Origin: Actinomycetes bacterium
Lineage (GTDB): Bacteria; Actinomycetota; Actinomycetes; JBBQFP01
Direction: 5' to 3'
DNA: 64,000 nt
Assembly (NCBI GenBank): GCA_038322045.1
Contig: JBBQFP010000005.1
Coordinates: 27,619-91,618 of the forward strand
Positions 43,798 to 50,992 of the stretch are shown piece by piece. The position numbers and the translations under genes are program-made. How positions within the stretch are numbered: position 1 is the first letter of the stretch; the number at the start of each line of letters is the position of its first letter. Below the pieces are notes generated by a model. It was not told where the DNA came from. It ran no database searches and saw nothing but the letters and a program-made list of their open reading frames with translations.

Positions 43798-44226
43798 TCA
43801 GGTGACGTCGACGACGAGGGTCATCGGCCCCACGTTCGTGAGGCTCACCTCCATGGAGGCGCCGAAGACGCCCTCGGCCACCGTCGCCCCGCGCGCCCGC
43901 AGCGTCGCGACGACAAGATCGACGAGCGGTTGCGCCGTCTCGCCGGGCGCGGCCGCCGACCACGACGGGCGCCTGCCCTTGGCGGTGTCGCCGTAGAGGG
44001 TGAACTGGCTGACGACGAGCACCGGCGACCCGAGCTCGGCCGCCGATCGCTCCCCGCCCATGATCCGCAGGTCGTGGACCTTCGCCGCGAGCCGCTCGGC
44101 CGTGCTCGGGGAGTCCGCGTGGGTCACCCCGACGAGGACGACGAGCCCGTCGCCGGCGAACCCTCCGACGACGACGCCGTCGACCCGGACGCTCGCGTCG
44201 CGTGCCCGCTGGACGACTGCCCGCAC
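43798..44226 (-). CDS. dtd: D-aminoacyl-tRNA deacylase
   Basis: GTG 44226 gives VRAVVQRA... The protein has SQFTLYGDTAKGRRPSW and ends NVGPMTLVVDV. The ORF-track ATG 44484 adds an implausible Arg/Ser-rich extension. Confidence 0.85.
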   Translation of the reverse strand: MRAVVQRARDASVRVDGVVVGGFAGDGLVVLVGVTHADSPSTAERLAAKVHDLRIMGGERSAAELGSPVLVVSQFTLYGDTAKGRRPSWSAAAPGETAQPLVDLVVATLRARGATVAEGVFGASMEVSLTNVGPMTLVVDVT

Positions 44227-44245
44227 CGTCAGGACACCCGCACCG

Positions 44246-44608
44246 TCAGTACACCAGCGCCTGGACGCTGTCGCGGAGGACCTCGTCGACGAAGGACGCC
44301 GCCCCCGCGATGCGCACGCCGGGCAGCACGTCGTCGGGGCCGATCCCTCGCCGCAGGGCGCACTGGGTGCACAGCGTGACCTGACCCGACTCGAGGACGA
44401 GCTCGAGGAGCTCGTCGAGAGGTGCGGAGTGCTCGAGGGCAAAGGTCGCCGCTCGTCCCGGGACGGCGAACCACGCCGCCTCACCGGTCAGCCACAACGA
44501 GACCGCGGCGCCCGCGGACGCCGCGGTCGCCGCGACCGTGAAGGCCTGGGAGCACCGCTCGGGCGCATCGCTGCCAGAGGTGGCTTTCACCACCAGGGTT
44601 CGGGTCAT
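44246..44608 (-). CDS. DsrE/DsrF-like family protein
   Basis: 120 aa: TLVVKATSGSD...VSLWLTGEAAWF...VTLCTQCALRRG. Confidence 0.6.
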   Translation of the reverse strand: MTRTLVVKATSGSDAPERCSQAFTVAATAASAGAAVSLWLTGEAAWFAVPGRAATFALEHSAPLDELLELVLESGQVTLCTQCALRRGIGPDDVLPGVRIAGAASFVDEVLRDSVQALVY

Positions 44609-44649
44609 GCGACCCAGGCTAGGGCGCCCACGCTCGGTAGAGTGAGGGT

Positions 44650-44757
44650 GTGGACACCGTCGAGATCTTCTACACCGGCCTTCTCGCCGTCATCGCGGTC
44701 GTGATTTTCTGGTTCGCGGCCGTCGTCGTCATCAAGCTCTACAAGGGCCAGCGCTAG
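44650..44757 (+). CDS. Candidate 35-aa single-helix membrane peptide
   Basis: GTG..TAG gives VDTVEIFYTGLLAVIAVVIFWFAAVVVIKLYKGQR, with GAGGG upstream. It is not in the supplied ORF track because it is too short. Confidence 0.35.
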   Translation: MDTVEIFYTGLLAVIAVVIFWFAAVVVIKLYKGQR

Positions 44758-44766
44758 CCTGATCCG

Positions 44767-45255
44767 GTGGAGATCTCTGCCGACCTGCACCCGGAGCTCG
44801 TGCCGCTCGCCTTCCTCGTCGGTACGTGGCGGGGCGCAGGCGTGGGCGGTTACCCCTCCGTCGAGGAGTTTCGCTTCGGCCAGGAGATCGTCTTCAGCCA
44901 CGACACCCGCCCCTTCCTCAGCTATCGCAGCACCTCCTGGCTGCTCGACGACGACGGTCAGCGGGTGAAGCCCTCCGGCAGCGAGTCCGGCTTCTGGCGA
45001 CCCCGCCCAGGCGGTGAGCTCGAGGTCCTCCTGGCGCACCCCACCGGCTTCGCCGAGGTCTGGGTCGGCACGGTCGAGGGCGCCAAGATCGAGCTCCAGA
45101 CCGACGTCGTCGCCCGCACGTCCTCTGCCAAGTCGGTCACTGCCGGGCACCGGCTCTACGGGCTCGTCGAGGGCGACCTCCTGTGGGCCTACGACATGGC
45201 GGCCGAAGGCCACCCCCTCCAGCCGCACCTCTCAGCGCGGCTCAAGCGGGACTGA
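44767..45255 (+). CDS. Nitrobindin / FABP-like heme-binding beta-barrel (DUF1794) protein
   Basis: LAFLVGTWRGAGVGGYPSVEEFRFGQEIVF..., about 160 aa, which is typical of actinobacterial nitrobindin. Confidence 0.75.
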   Translation: MEISADLHPELVPLAFLVGTWRGAGVGGYPSVEEFRFGQEIVFSHDTRPFLSYRSTSWLLDDDGQRVKPSGSESGFWRPRPGGELEVLLAHPTGFAEVWVGTVEGAKIELQTDVVARTSSAKSVTAGHRLYGLVEGDLLWAYDMAAEGHPLQPHLSARLKRD

Positions 45256-45274
45256 GTCAAGGGTCGGCCCGGCC

Positions 45275-46900
45275 TCAGCCCCGGCCGAACAATCCCCGTC
45301 GCTTGTTCCGGGCGGCTGCGCTCGCCGGGACATAGATGGGCGACGAGCGCTGCGGTGCCCGCGGCGCAGGTTCGTCCTCGTCGCCGAGGCTGGACAGCTC
45401 GCGGAGCAGCGCTGCGGTGTCCGCGTTGTTGGTCGGGCCGCTGCTGCGCTCGCCGAGCGCGGGGTGCCCGGACCCGGTCTGGCGGTACGACGGCTCGGGC
45501 GCAGCGACCGGTGCAGCGACGACCGCGGGAGCCGGCGCTGTCCCGAGGAAGGACTCCATCGACAGCTCGCGCAGCATGGCGGCCGGCGACGTCTCGGCCG
45601 CCTCCCAGCCGCGGTCCTCGGCCTCGGCCGTCGCGGGCGCGGCTCCCCCGGGGTTCCACGGGAGCGCCTCCACCTCGGCAGTCACCGGCGCGGCCGCCTC
45701 GGAGGGCCACGGGAGCTCCTCGGAGCGGTCCTCGGCGTCGTCGTCGACAGTCGTGATCTCGCCCGTCACGCCGGCGACCTGATCGAGGATCGCGCTGAGC
45801 AGATCCTCGGTCGCGGGCCCGAGCTGCGGGAGCGGGGCGGTGACCCCTCGTTCGGAGTCCGGCTCCCAGGCGGCGGCGGCCGCGTCGATGTCGATGGCGT
45901 CGGCGTCGGCGTCGGCGGCTGCGTCGACAGCTGCGGCGACAGCGGCCTGCGCCTCGGCAGCGGCGACCGCGTCGGACTCGGCTACCGCGGCCGCCGCCGC
46001 GGCCGCCTCGGCAGCGGCGACGGCGTCAGTGGCCGCCTCGGCCTCCTCGGCCGCCTCGGGCACCTCGGGCACCTCGTACGGCCCGTCGAGAGCCGCCGAG
46101 ACGCGCGCGACCGTCGCCAGCACGTCGTCCAGCCCATGCGCCACCTCGGCGCCGTCGTCCTGCACGTCCGCGATGGCGCGGGCGTCCTCGCTCATCGGAT
46201 CGACGTCGACGAGTCGGGCCGAGACGAGGTGCGCCACGACGCAGCCGGCCTCGAACAGGGTGAACCCGCAGTCGGCCGCCAGCGCTGAGACCGACCGCTC
46301 GCCGTCGACCTTGCACAGCAGCGCCCAGTCGTTGGGCCCGAGGACCACCTCGTCGGCGAGGGCCGAGCGGGTCGAGAGGCGGACGACGGCGCGCGGACCG
46401 CCTACGACCTCGGCGAGCTGCGCCCACGTCGTCAGCCGGGAGCCGACCTCGCGCAGGAGCGACTCGACGTCGATGGGCGGCGCGACGTCCTGGCGGGTGC
46501 GTCGGCCGGTCCGGAACCTCCACCGCGAGACGGGCCAGCCGAGCAGTGCCGTGACGCCGTCCGTGAGCTGCTCGACGACGTAGGACTCGACGACGGCGCG
46601 CTCGACGTAGCCGAGGTGGACGAGCAGCTCGCCGAGCCGCCAGCCCTGCAGCTCGGTGCGCTGGATCTCCAGCGACTCGGCGAGAGCCTCCGGCGTCAGG
46701 GCGCCGCAGGAGAGCAGCCGGGCGCCGAGCATCATCCGGCGGCCCGGGACGCTCACGGCGTAGACGAGGCCCTCCCGCAGGAACACCTCGGCCTCGTCGC
46801 CGTTGCCGTCGCGGACGTAGAGGCAGCCGGTCGCTCCTCGCGCGGCCGCGTCGAGCAGGACCGTCTCGAGCCTGCCCGTCAGCACCGGCGCCTGGCTCAC
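45275..46900 (-). CDS. DUF4388 (PATAN-like) domain protein with a long acidic Ala-rich C-terminal region
   Basis: GTG 46900 gives VSQAPVLTGRLETVLLDAAARGATGCLYV.... The upstream part of the 833-aa ORF is antisense to the BKACE gene and is rejected. Confidence 0.7.
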   Translation of the reverse strand: MSQAPVLTGRLETVLLDAAARGATGCLYVRDGNGDEAEVFLREGLVYAVSVPGRRMMLGARLLSCGALTPEALAESLEIQRTELQGWRLGELLVHLGYVERAVVESYVVEQLTDGVTALLGWPVSRWRFRTGRRTRQDVAPPIDVESLLREVGSRLTTWAQLAEVVGGPRAVVRLSTRSALADEVVLGPNDWALLCKVDGERSVSALAADCGFTLFEAGCVVAHLVSARLVDVDPMSEDARAIADVQDDGAEVAHGLDDVLATVARVSAALDGPYEVPEVPEAAEEAEAATDAVAAAEAAAAAAAVAESDAVAAAEAQAAVAAAVDAAADADADAIDIDAAAAAWEPDSERGVTAPLPQLGPATEDLLSAILDQVAGVTGEITTVDDDAEDRSEELPWPSEAAAPVTAEVEALPWNPGGAAPATAEAEDRGWEAAETSPAAMLRELSMESFLGTAPAPAVVAAPVAAPEPSYRQTGSGHPALGERSSGPTNNADTAALLRELSSLGDEDEPAPRAPQRSSPIYVPASAAARNKRRGLFGRG

Positions 46901-47005
46901 GCGTCCCCCATCGTCCCCGCAGCGTTCTGCTACCCGTCGTTGTCGGCACCTCGACGCCGCGGGTTGAGCCGCTGGAGAGGGGTCCCGCTGTGACACGATG
47001 CGGGC

Positions 47006-47899
47006 ATGGCCCCAGCCACCATGATCACCTGCGCTCCCACGGGCGCCGAGACGGCGAAGGCCGACGCCCCGGGCCTGCCCGTCACGGTCGAGGAGCTCGT
47101 GAGAGCCGGTCGTGAGGTCGAGGCTGCCGGCGCGGCGATGATCCACGTCCACGTGCGCGACGACGACGCGCAGCCGACGCTGGACCTCGGCCGGGTCACC
47201 GAGGCGCTCGACGGGCTCCGCGCCGAGACGACGCTCGTCATCCAGGTGTCCACCGGGGGCTCGGTCCACGACAGCTTCGCCGACCGGCTGCGGGTCCTCG
47301 ACGCGGAGCCCGACTCGTGCTCGGTGAGCTGCGGCACGCTGAACTTCGGCGACGACGTCTTCGCCAACCCGTGGTCGTTCATGGTCGAGCTCTACCAGGA
47401 GACCCAGGCCCGCGAGATCGTCCCCGAGTTCGAGCTGTTCGACCTCGGCCACGTCGCCTCGCTGCACCGCCTCCTCGACACCTGCGGGGAGCCCTACGGT
47501 GGACAGGTGCACTGCGACCTCGTCACCGGAGTGCCTGGCGGGATGCCGGGCACCCCGGCGGCCGTTCTCGCCGCTGTCGCGGCGCTGCCCGTCGGTGCGA
47601 CGTGGTCCGCGACCGGGGTCGGGCGCAGCACGCTCCCGGTGGCTCTCACGGCGCTGGCCGCCGGTGGGCACCTGCGGGTGGGCATGGAGGACGTCCTCAC
47701 CCTCTCCCGCGGCGTCCCCGTCGACTCCAACCGCCAGCTCGTCGAGCGCGCCGCCGCGCTGGCGAGGCTCGCCCAACGCCCACCGATGACCCCTGACGCG
47801 GCCCGGGCGCTCCTGCGCACCCGCTCCGCGACGAGCCCCGACAGCCGCTCCGCGACGAGCCCCGACAGCCGCACAGCGGCGGGAGAAGGATCAGCATGA
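47006..47899 (+). CDS. 3-keto-5-aminohexanoate cleavage enzyme (BKACE/DUF849) family protein
   Basis: ITCAPTGAE...MIHVHVRD...QVSTGG...LFDLGH...LRVGMED. Confidence 0.8.
   Translation: MAPATMITCAPTGAETAKADAPGLPVTVEELVRAGREVEAAGAAMIHVHVRDDDAQPTLDLGRVTEALDGLRAETTLVIQVSTGGSVHDSFADRLRVLDAEPDSCSVSCGTLNFGDDVFANPWSFMVELYQETQAREIVPEFELFDLGHVASLHRLLDTCGEPYGGQVHCDLVTGVPGGMPGTPAAVLAAVAALPVGATWSATGVGRSTLPVALTALAAGGHLRVGMEDVLTLSRGVPVDSNRQLVERAAALARLAQRPPMTPDAARALLRTRSATSPDSRSATSPDSRTAAGEGSA
47821..47868. repeat. Perfect 24-bp x2 tandem duplication in the 3' tail of the BKACE gene
   Basis: ccgctccgcgacgagccccgacag occurs twice, encoding RSATSPDS RSATSPDS. Confidence 0.95.
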
Positions 47900-48462
47900 C
47901 CGACCCCATGCCTGGCGGACGCCGGCGCATCGACCGGGTCCTGGGTGAGAACTTCCTCGCCGACCTGCAGACCATCCCCCTCGAGGAGCTCCGGGCCCGT
48001 CGGCGTGAGTCCGAGCAGGAGGAGGCGGACCTCTCCTACATCCGCCGGCTCCTGCACGCACGCCTCGACCTCGTGCGCGCCGAGCTCGGCCGACGCGAGA
48101 ACCCCGACGAGCCGGAGGAGCCGTTCATCGCCCGCCTGGCCCGCATCCTCGCCGACCCCGCCCGGGGTGAGGGGCCCACGATGCAGGCAGCCGCCCGCGT
48201 CATGACCGTCGAGCCGAGCCGCATCGCCGAGCACCGCCGCCGGGTCGAGCAGATCGTCGCCGACGTCGGACTCTCCGACGTCGAGGCGCGTACGGTCGAG
48301 GAGCTCACCGAGGCGGTCGGGCGGCTCGAGACCTTCGAGGAGGGCGTCTCGACCAACCGGCGCGCCGTGCAGCACGTCGTCGACGCGCTCAGCGCCGAGG
48401 TCGGACGCCGGTACCGCGACGGTGCGGTCCGGGCCGAGGACACCCTGTCCCACCACTCCTGA
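47896..48462 (+). CDS. rsiG: RsiG family protein (c-di-GMP-binding anti-sigma factor for WhiG/FliA-type sigma)
   Basis: ATGA overlap with BKACE. GGRRRIDRVL N-terminus. Two helix motifs: E43-x3-S-x2-R-x3-H-x3-D58 and E148-x3-S-x2-R-x3-Q-x3-D163. Confidence 0.75.
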   Translation: MTDPMPGGRRRIDRVLGENFLADLQTIPLEELRARRRESEQEEADLSYIRRLLHARLDLVRAELGRRENPDEPEEPFIARLARILADPARGEGPTMQAAARVMTVEPSRIAEHRRRVEQIVADVGLSDVEARTVEELTEAVGRLETFEEGVSTNRRAVQHVVDALSAEVGRRYRDGAVRAEDTLSHHS

Positions 48463-48469
48463 GCCGGAC

Positions 48470-49417
48470 GTGACGGTCGTCGTCGAGGTCGTCCGCTCCG
48501 GCTTCGTCGAGAGCCGCCACCACGGGTCGGTCATCGCCGTCGACCGCGATGGTCAGGCCGTCCTCGACGTGGGGGAGACCCGCATTCCGGTGTTCGGTCG
48601 CTCGGCCAACAAGCCGCTGCAGGCCGTCGGCATGCTCCGAGCCGGTCTCGACCTCGACGGAGAGCTCCTCGCCCTGGCTGCGTCGTCCCACAGCGGGCAA
48701 CCGGTCCACCTCGCCGGGGTGCGCCGGATCCTCGCCGCCGCGGGGCTCGACGAGTCTGCGCTCGGCAACGTCGCCGACTGGCCGCTCGACGACGTCGCCC
48801 GCGAGGACACCCTGCGGGCGTCGGGGCAGCCGAGCCGCCTCGCCATGAACTGCTCGGGCAAGCACGCAGCGATGCTCCTGACCTGTGTGCGCAACGGCTG
48901 GGACGTCGAGAGCTACCTCGACCCTGCCCACCCCCTGCAGGTGGCCCTGACGGCCGCCGTCGAGGATCTCGCCGGCGAGCAGGTGCGCCACGTCGGGGTC
49001 GACGGGTGCGGCGCCCCTGTCCTCGCGCTCACCCTCGCGGGGCTCGCGCGCGCCTTCGGCCGGCTGGCCGCAGCCGGCTCCGGCCCCGAGCGGTTGGTCG
49101 CCGACGCGATGCGCGCGCACCCTCGCCTCGTCGGCGGTGACGGCCGCGACGTCACCGAGCTCATGTCCGGCGTCAAGGGCCTGCTCGCCAAGGACGGCGC
49201 CGAGGGCGTCTACGCCGCGGGGCTGCCCGACGGGTCGGCACTCGCGGTGAAGATCGAGGACGGCGGCGATCGTGCCCGTGGCCCGGTCGTCGTCGCGGCC
49301 CTGCGCGCGCTCGGGGTCCAGTCCGCCGTCCTGGACCGGCTCGCCACGGGCGTGGTGCTCGGCGGGGGGAGGCCGGTCGGTGAGCTCCGGCTCGTTGCGC
49401 TGACCGGTCGACCATGA
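48470..49417 (+). CDS. Asparaginase (L-asparaginase II / PF06089-like) family protein
   Basis: GTG 48470. VRSGFVESRHHGSV, RSANKPLQA, ASSHSG, NCSGKHAAML. Confidence 0.75.
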   Translation: MTVVVEVVRSGFVESRHHGSVIAVDRDGQAVLDVGETRIPVFGRSANKPLQAVGMLRAGLDLDGELLALAASSHSGQPVHLAGVRRILAAAGLDESALGNVADWPLDDVAREDTLRASGQPSRLAMNCSGKHAAMLLTCVRNGWDVESYLDPAHPLQVALTAAVEDLAGEQVRHVGVDGCGAPVLALTLAGLARAFGRLAAAGSGPERLVADAMRAHPRLVGGDGRDVTELMSGVKGLLAKDGAEGVYAAGLPDGSALAVKIEDGGDRARGPVVVAALRALGVQSAVLDRLATGVVLGGGRPVGELRLVALTGRP

Positions 49418-49502
49418 CGACGGCGACGGTGTGACGGAGCCGACAGCGGACTGCTTGCTCGCGCGCTTGCAATAGCTAGCACGGGGGCGCACACTAGGAC
49501 AC

Positions 49503-49937
49503 ATGCCCCAGCTGCACGTGAGCTCGCTCGGCGAGTTCATCCATGAGCAGCGCAAGGGAGCGCAGTACTCCTTGCGTCAGCTGGCCGACGCCGCCGGTGT
49601 CTCCAACCCCTACCTCAGCCAGATCGAGCGGGGGCTGCGGAAGCCGTCGGCCGAGATCCTCCAGCAGATCGCCAAGGCGCTGCGGATCTCGGCAGAGACG
49701 CTCTACGTGCGTGCGGGCATCCTCGACGAGCGCGACGGCGACGAGGTGAGCGCGGCGATCCTCGCCGACCCGCATCTCAACGAGCGCCAGAAGAGCGTGC
49801 TCATCGACATCTACGCCTCGTTCCGCAAGGAGACGCCGCCAACCGAGCCCGCAACCGCGGAGCCCGACGGCGCAGCACTGACGGGCCGCCTTCCGGCAGC
49901 CCCAGAACCCGTGGACGCGCACGTCACGTCCCACTGA
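49503..49937 (+). CDS. XRE-family helix-turn-helix transcriptional regulator (Rv0474-like)
   Basis: SLRQLADAAGVSNPYLSQIERGLRKPS. It sits upstream of an hbhA-like gene, as in mycobacteria. Confidence 0.8.
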   Translation: MPQLHVSSLGEFIHEQRKGAQYSLRQLADAAGVSNPYLSQIERGLRKPSAEILQQIAKALRISAETLYVRAGILDERDGDEVSAAILADPHLNERQKSVLIDIYASFRKETPPTEPATAEPDGAALTGRLPAAPEPVDAHVTSH

Positions 49938-49950
49938 CGAAAGGGTCGAC

Positions 49951-50529
49951 ATGACCATCACCGAAGACTTCAAGACCATCACCGAAGACCTCAGGAAGCC
50001 CCTCGAGAGCAAGCCGTTCTACGCCATGGCCGGCGCCCTCGACGTCACCGTCGAGCAGGTCCGCAAGGTCGGCACCATGGAGCGGCCGAACCTCGTCACG
50101 TTCAAGATCACCCCGACCGAGGTCCGCAAGGACATCACCGAGGCGCTGAGCACGGTCTCCACCGAGCTCACCCACCTGCCCCAGCGGGCGCAGACGATGA
50201 CCCACGACCTCACGATCCGCGTCGAGGAGACCTACGACGAGCTCGTCGTCCGTGGGCGCCGCGTCGTCACCCGGGTGCGTCGTCAGTCCGCCACCCAGCA
50301 CCTCACCGAGGAGGCCCGCACGACCGTCCGTCGTACCAGGGCCGCCGCCTCGACGGCGAAGGCCAGCGGCACCGCGACGAAGCGCGCGGCCCGTAAGACG
50401 ACGGGCACCGTCCGCTCGGGTGCCGCCGCGACCGCCAAGGCGACGAAGGCTGCCGCCCAGAGCGCGGCCGCCACGGTCGAGCAGGCCGCTGTCGCCACCG
50501 AGAAGGCCTCCGAGAAGCTCGGCAACTGA
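49951..50529 (+). CDS. HbhA-like (heparin-binding hemagglutinin family) coiled-coil protein with a Lys/Ala-rich tail
   Basis: PFYAMAGALDVTVEQVRK..., then an Ala/Lys/Thr-rich C-terminus (TAKASGTATKRAARKTTG...AKATKAAAQ). Confidence 0.65.
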   Translation: MTITEDFKTITEDLRKPLESKPFYAMAGALDVTVEQVRKVGTMERPNLVTFKITPTEVRKDITEALSTVSTELTHLPQRAQTMTHDLTIRVEETYDELVVRGRRVVTRVRRQSATQHLTEEARTTVRRTRAAASTAKASGTATKRAARKTTGTVRSGAAATAKATKAAAQSAAATVEQAAVATEKASEKLGN

Positions 50530-50578
50530 TACCCGCTGGACCTGACGCGGCGCACGCCGTCGGCAGGCCGGCCGCAGA

Positions 50579-50616
50579 CGTGGGCCCGCTCCCCTCTCGC
50601 CGGGGGGGCGGGCCCA
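50579..50616 (+). terminator. Hairpin terminator after the hbhA-like gene
   Basis: GTGGGCCCGC...GCGGGCCCAC forms a perfect 10-bp outer stem, with inner CCCC/GGGG pairing. Confidence 0.55.
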
Positions 50617-50680
50617 CCTGCGTCCGGTGGCCCGGCCCGTGGCGTTCCACCGGTGACCGACGTCGCTTAGGCTCGGTGTC

Positions 50681-50992
50681 GTGCTGATGCCGCTCGGATT
50701 CCTCATGGTCGTGATCGGCTGGGGCCTGCTCCTGCTGACGATCTTCGCCCTCGTCGACGCCGTGATGCGGCCGCAGGCGGCCTATCCCGCCGCGGGCAAG
50801 CAGAGCAAGGCCATGTGGCTGATCTTCCTCGGGCTGGCCGCCGTGTGGCAGCTCCTCGGCAACAGCGCCATCGGGATCATCGGCCTGCTCGGCGTCGTCG
50901 CCACGATCGTCTACCTCGTCGACGTCCGCCCGGCGCTGCGTCAGGTCAGCGGCGGGCGCCGGCGTGGCGGGGGCAGCGACCGGCCCTGGTAG
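50681..50992 (+). CDS. DUF2516 family small membrane protein (Rv0476-like)
   Basis: GTG start. LLLLTIFALVDAVMRP...[13 protein letters not shown]. Synteny with the XRE and hbhA-like genes. Confidence 0.75.
   Translation: MLMPLGFLMVVIGWGLLLLTIFALVDAVMRPQAAYPAAGKQSKAMWLIFLGLAAVWQLLGNSAIGIIGLLGVVATIVYLVDVRPALRQVSGGRRRGGGSDRPW

Noticed and set aside
45275-47776. An 833-aa ORF on the minus strand.
   Set aside because: Its N-terminal 290 codons are antisense to a clearly recognisable BKACE gene (47006-47899) and are Arg/Gly/Pro-rich with no domain signal. The real gene starts at GTG 46900 (DUF4388 protein).
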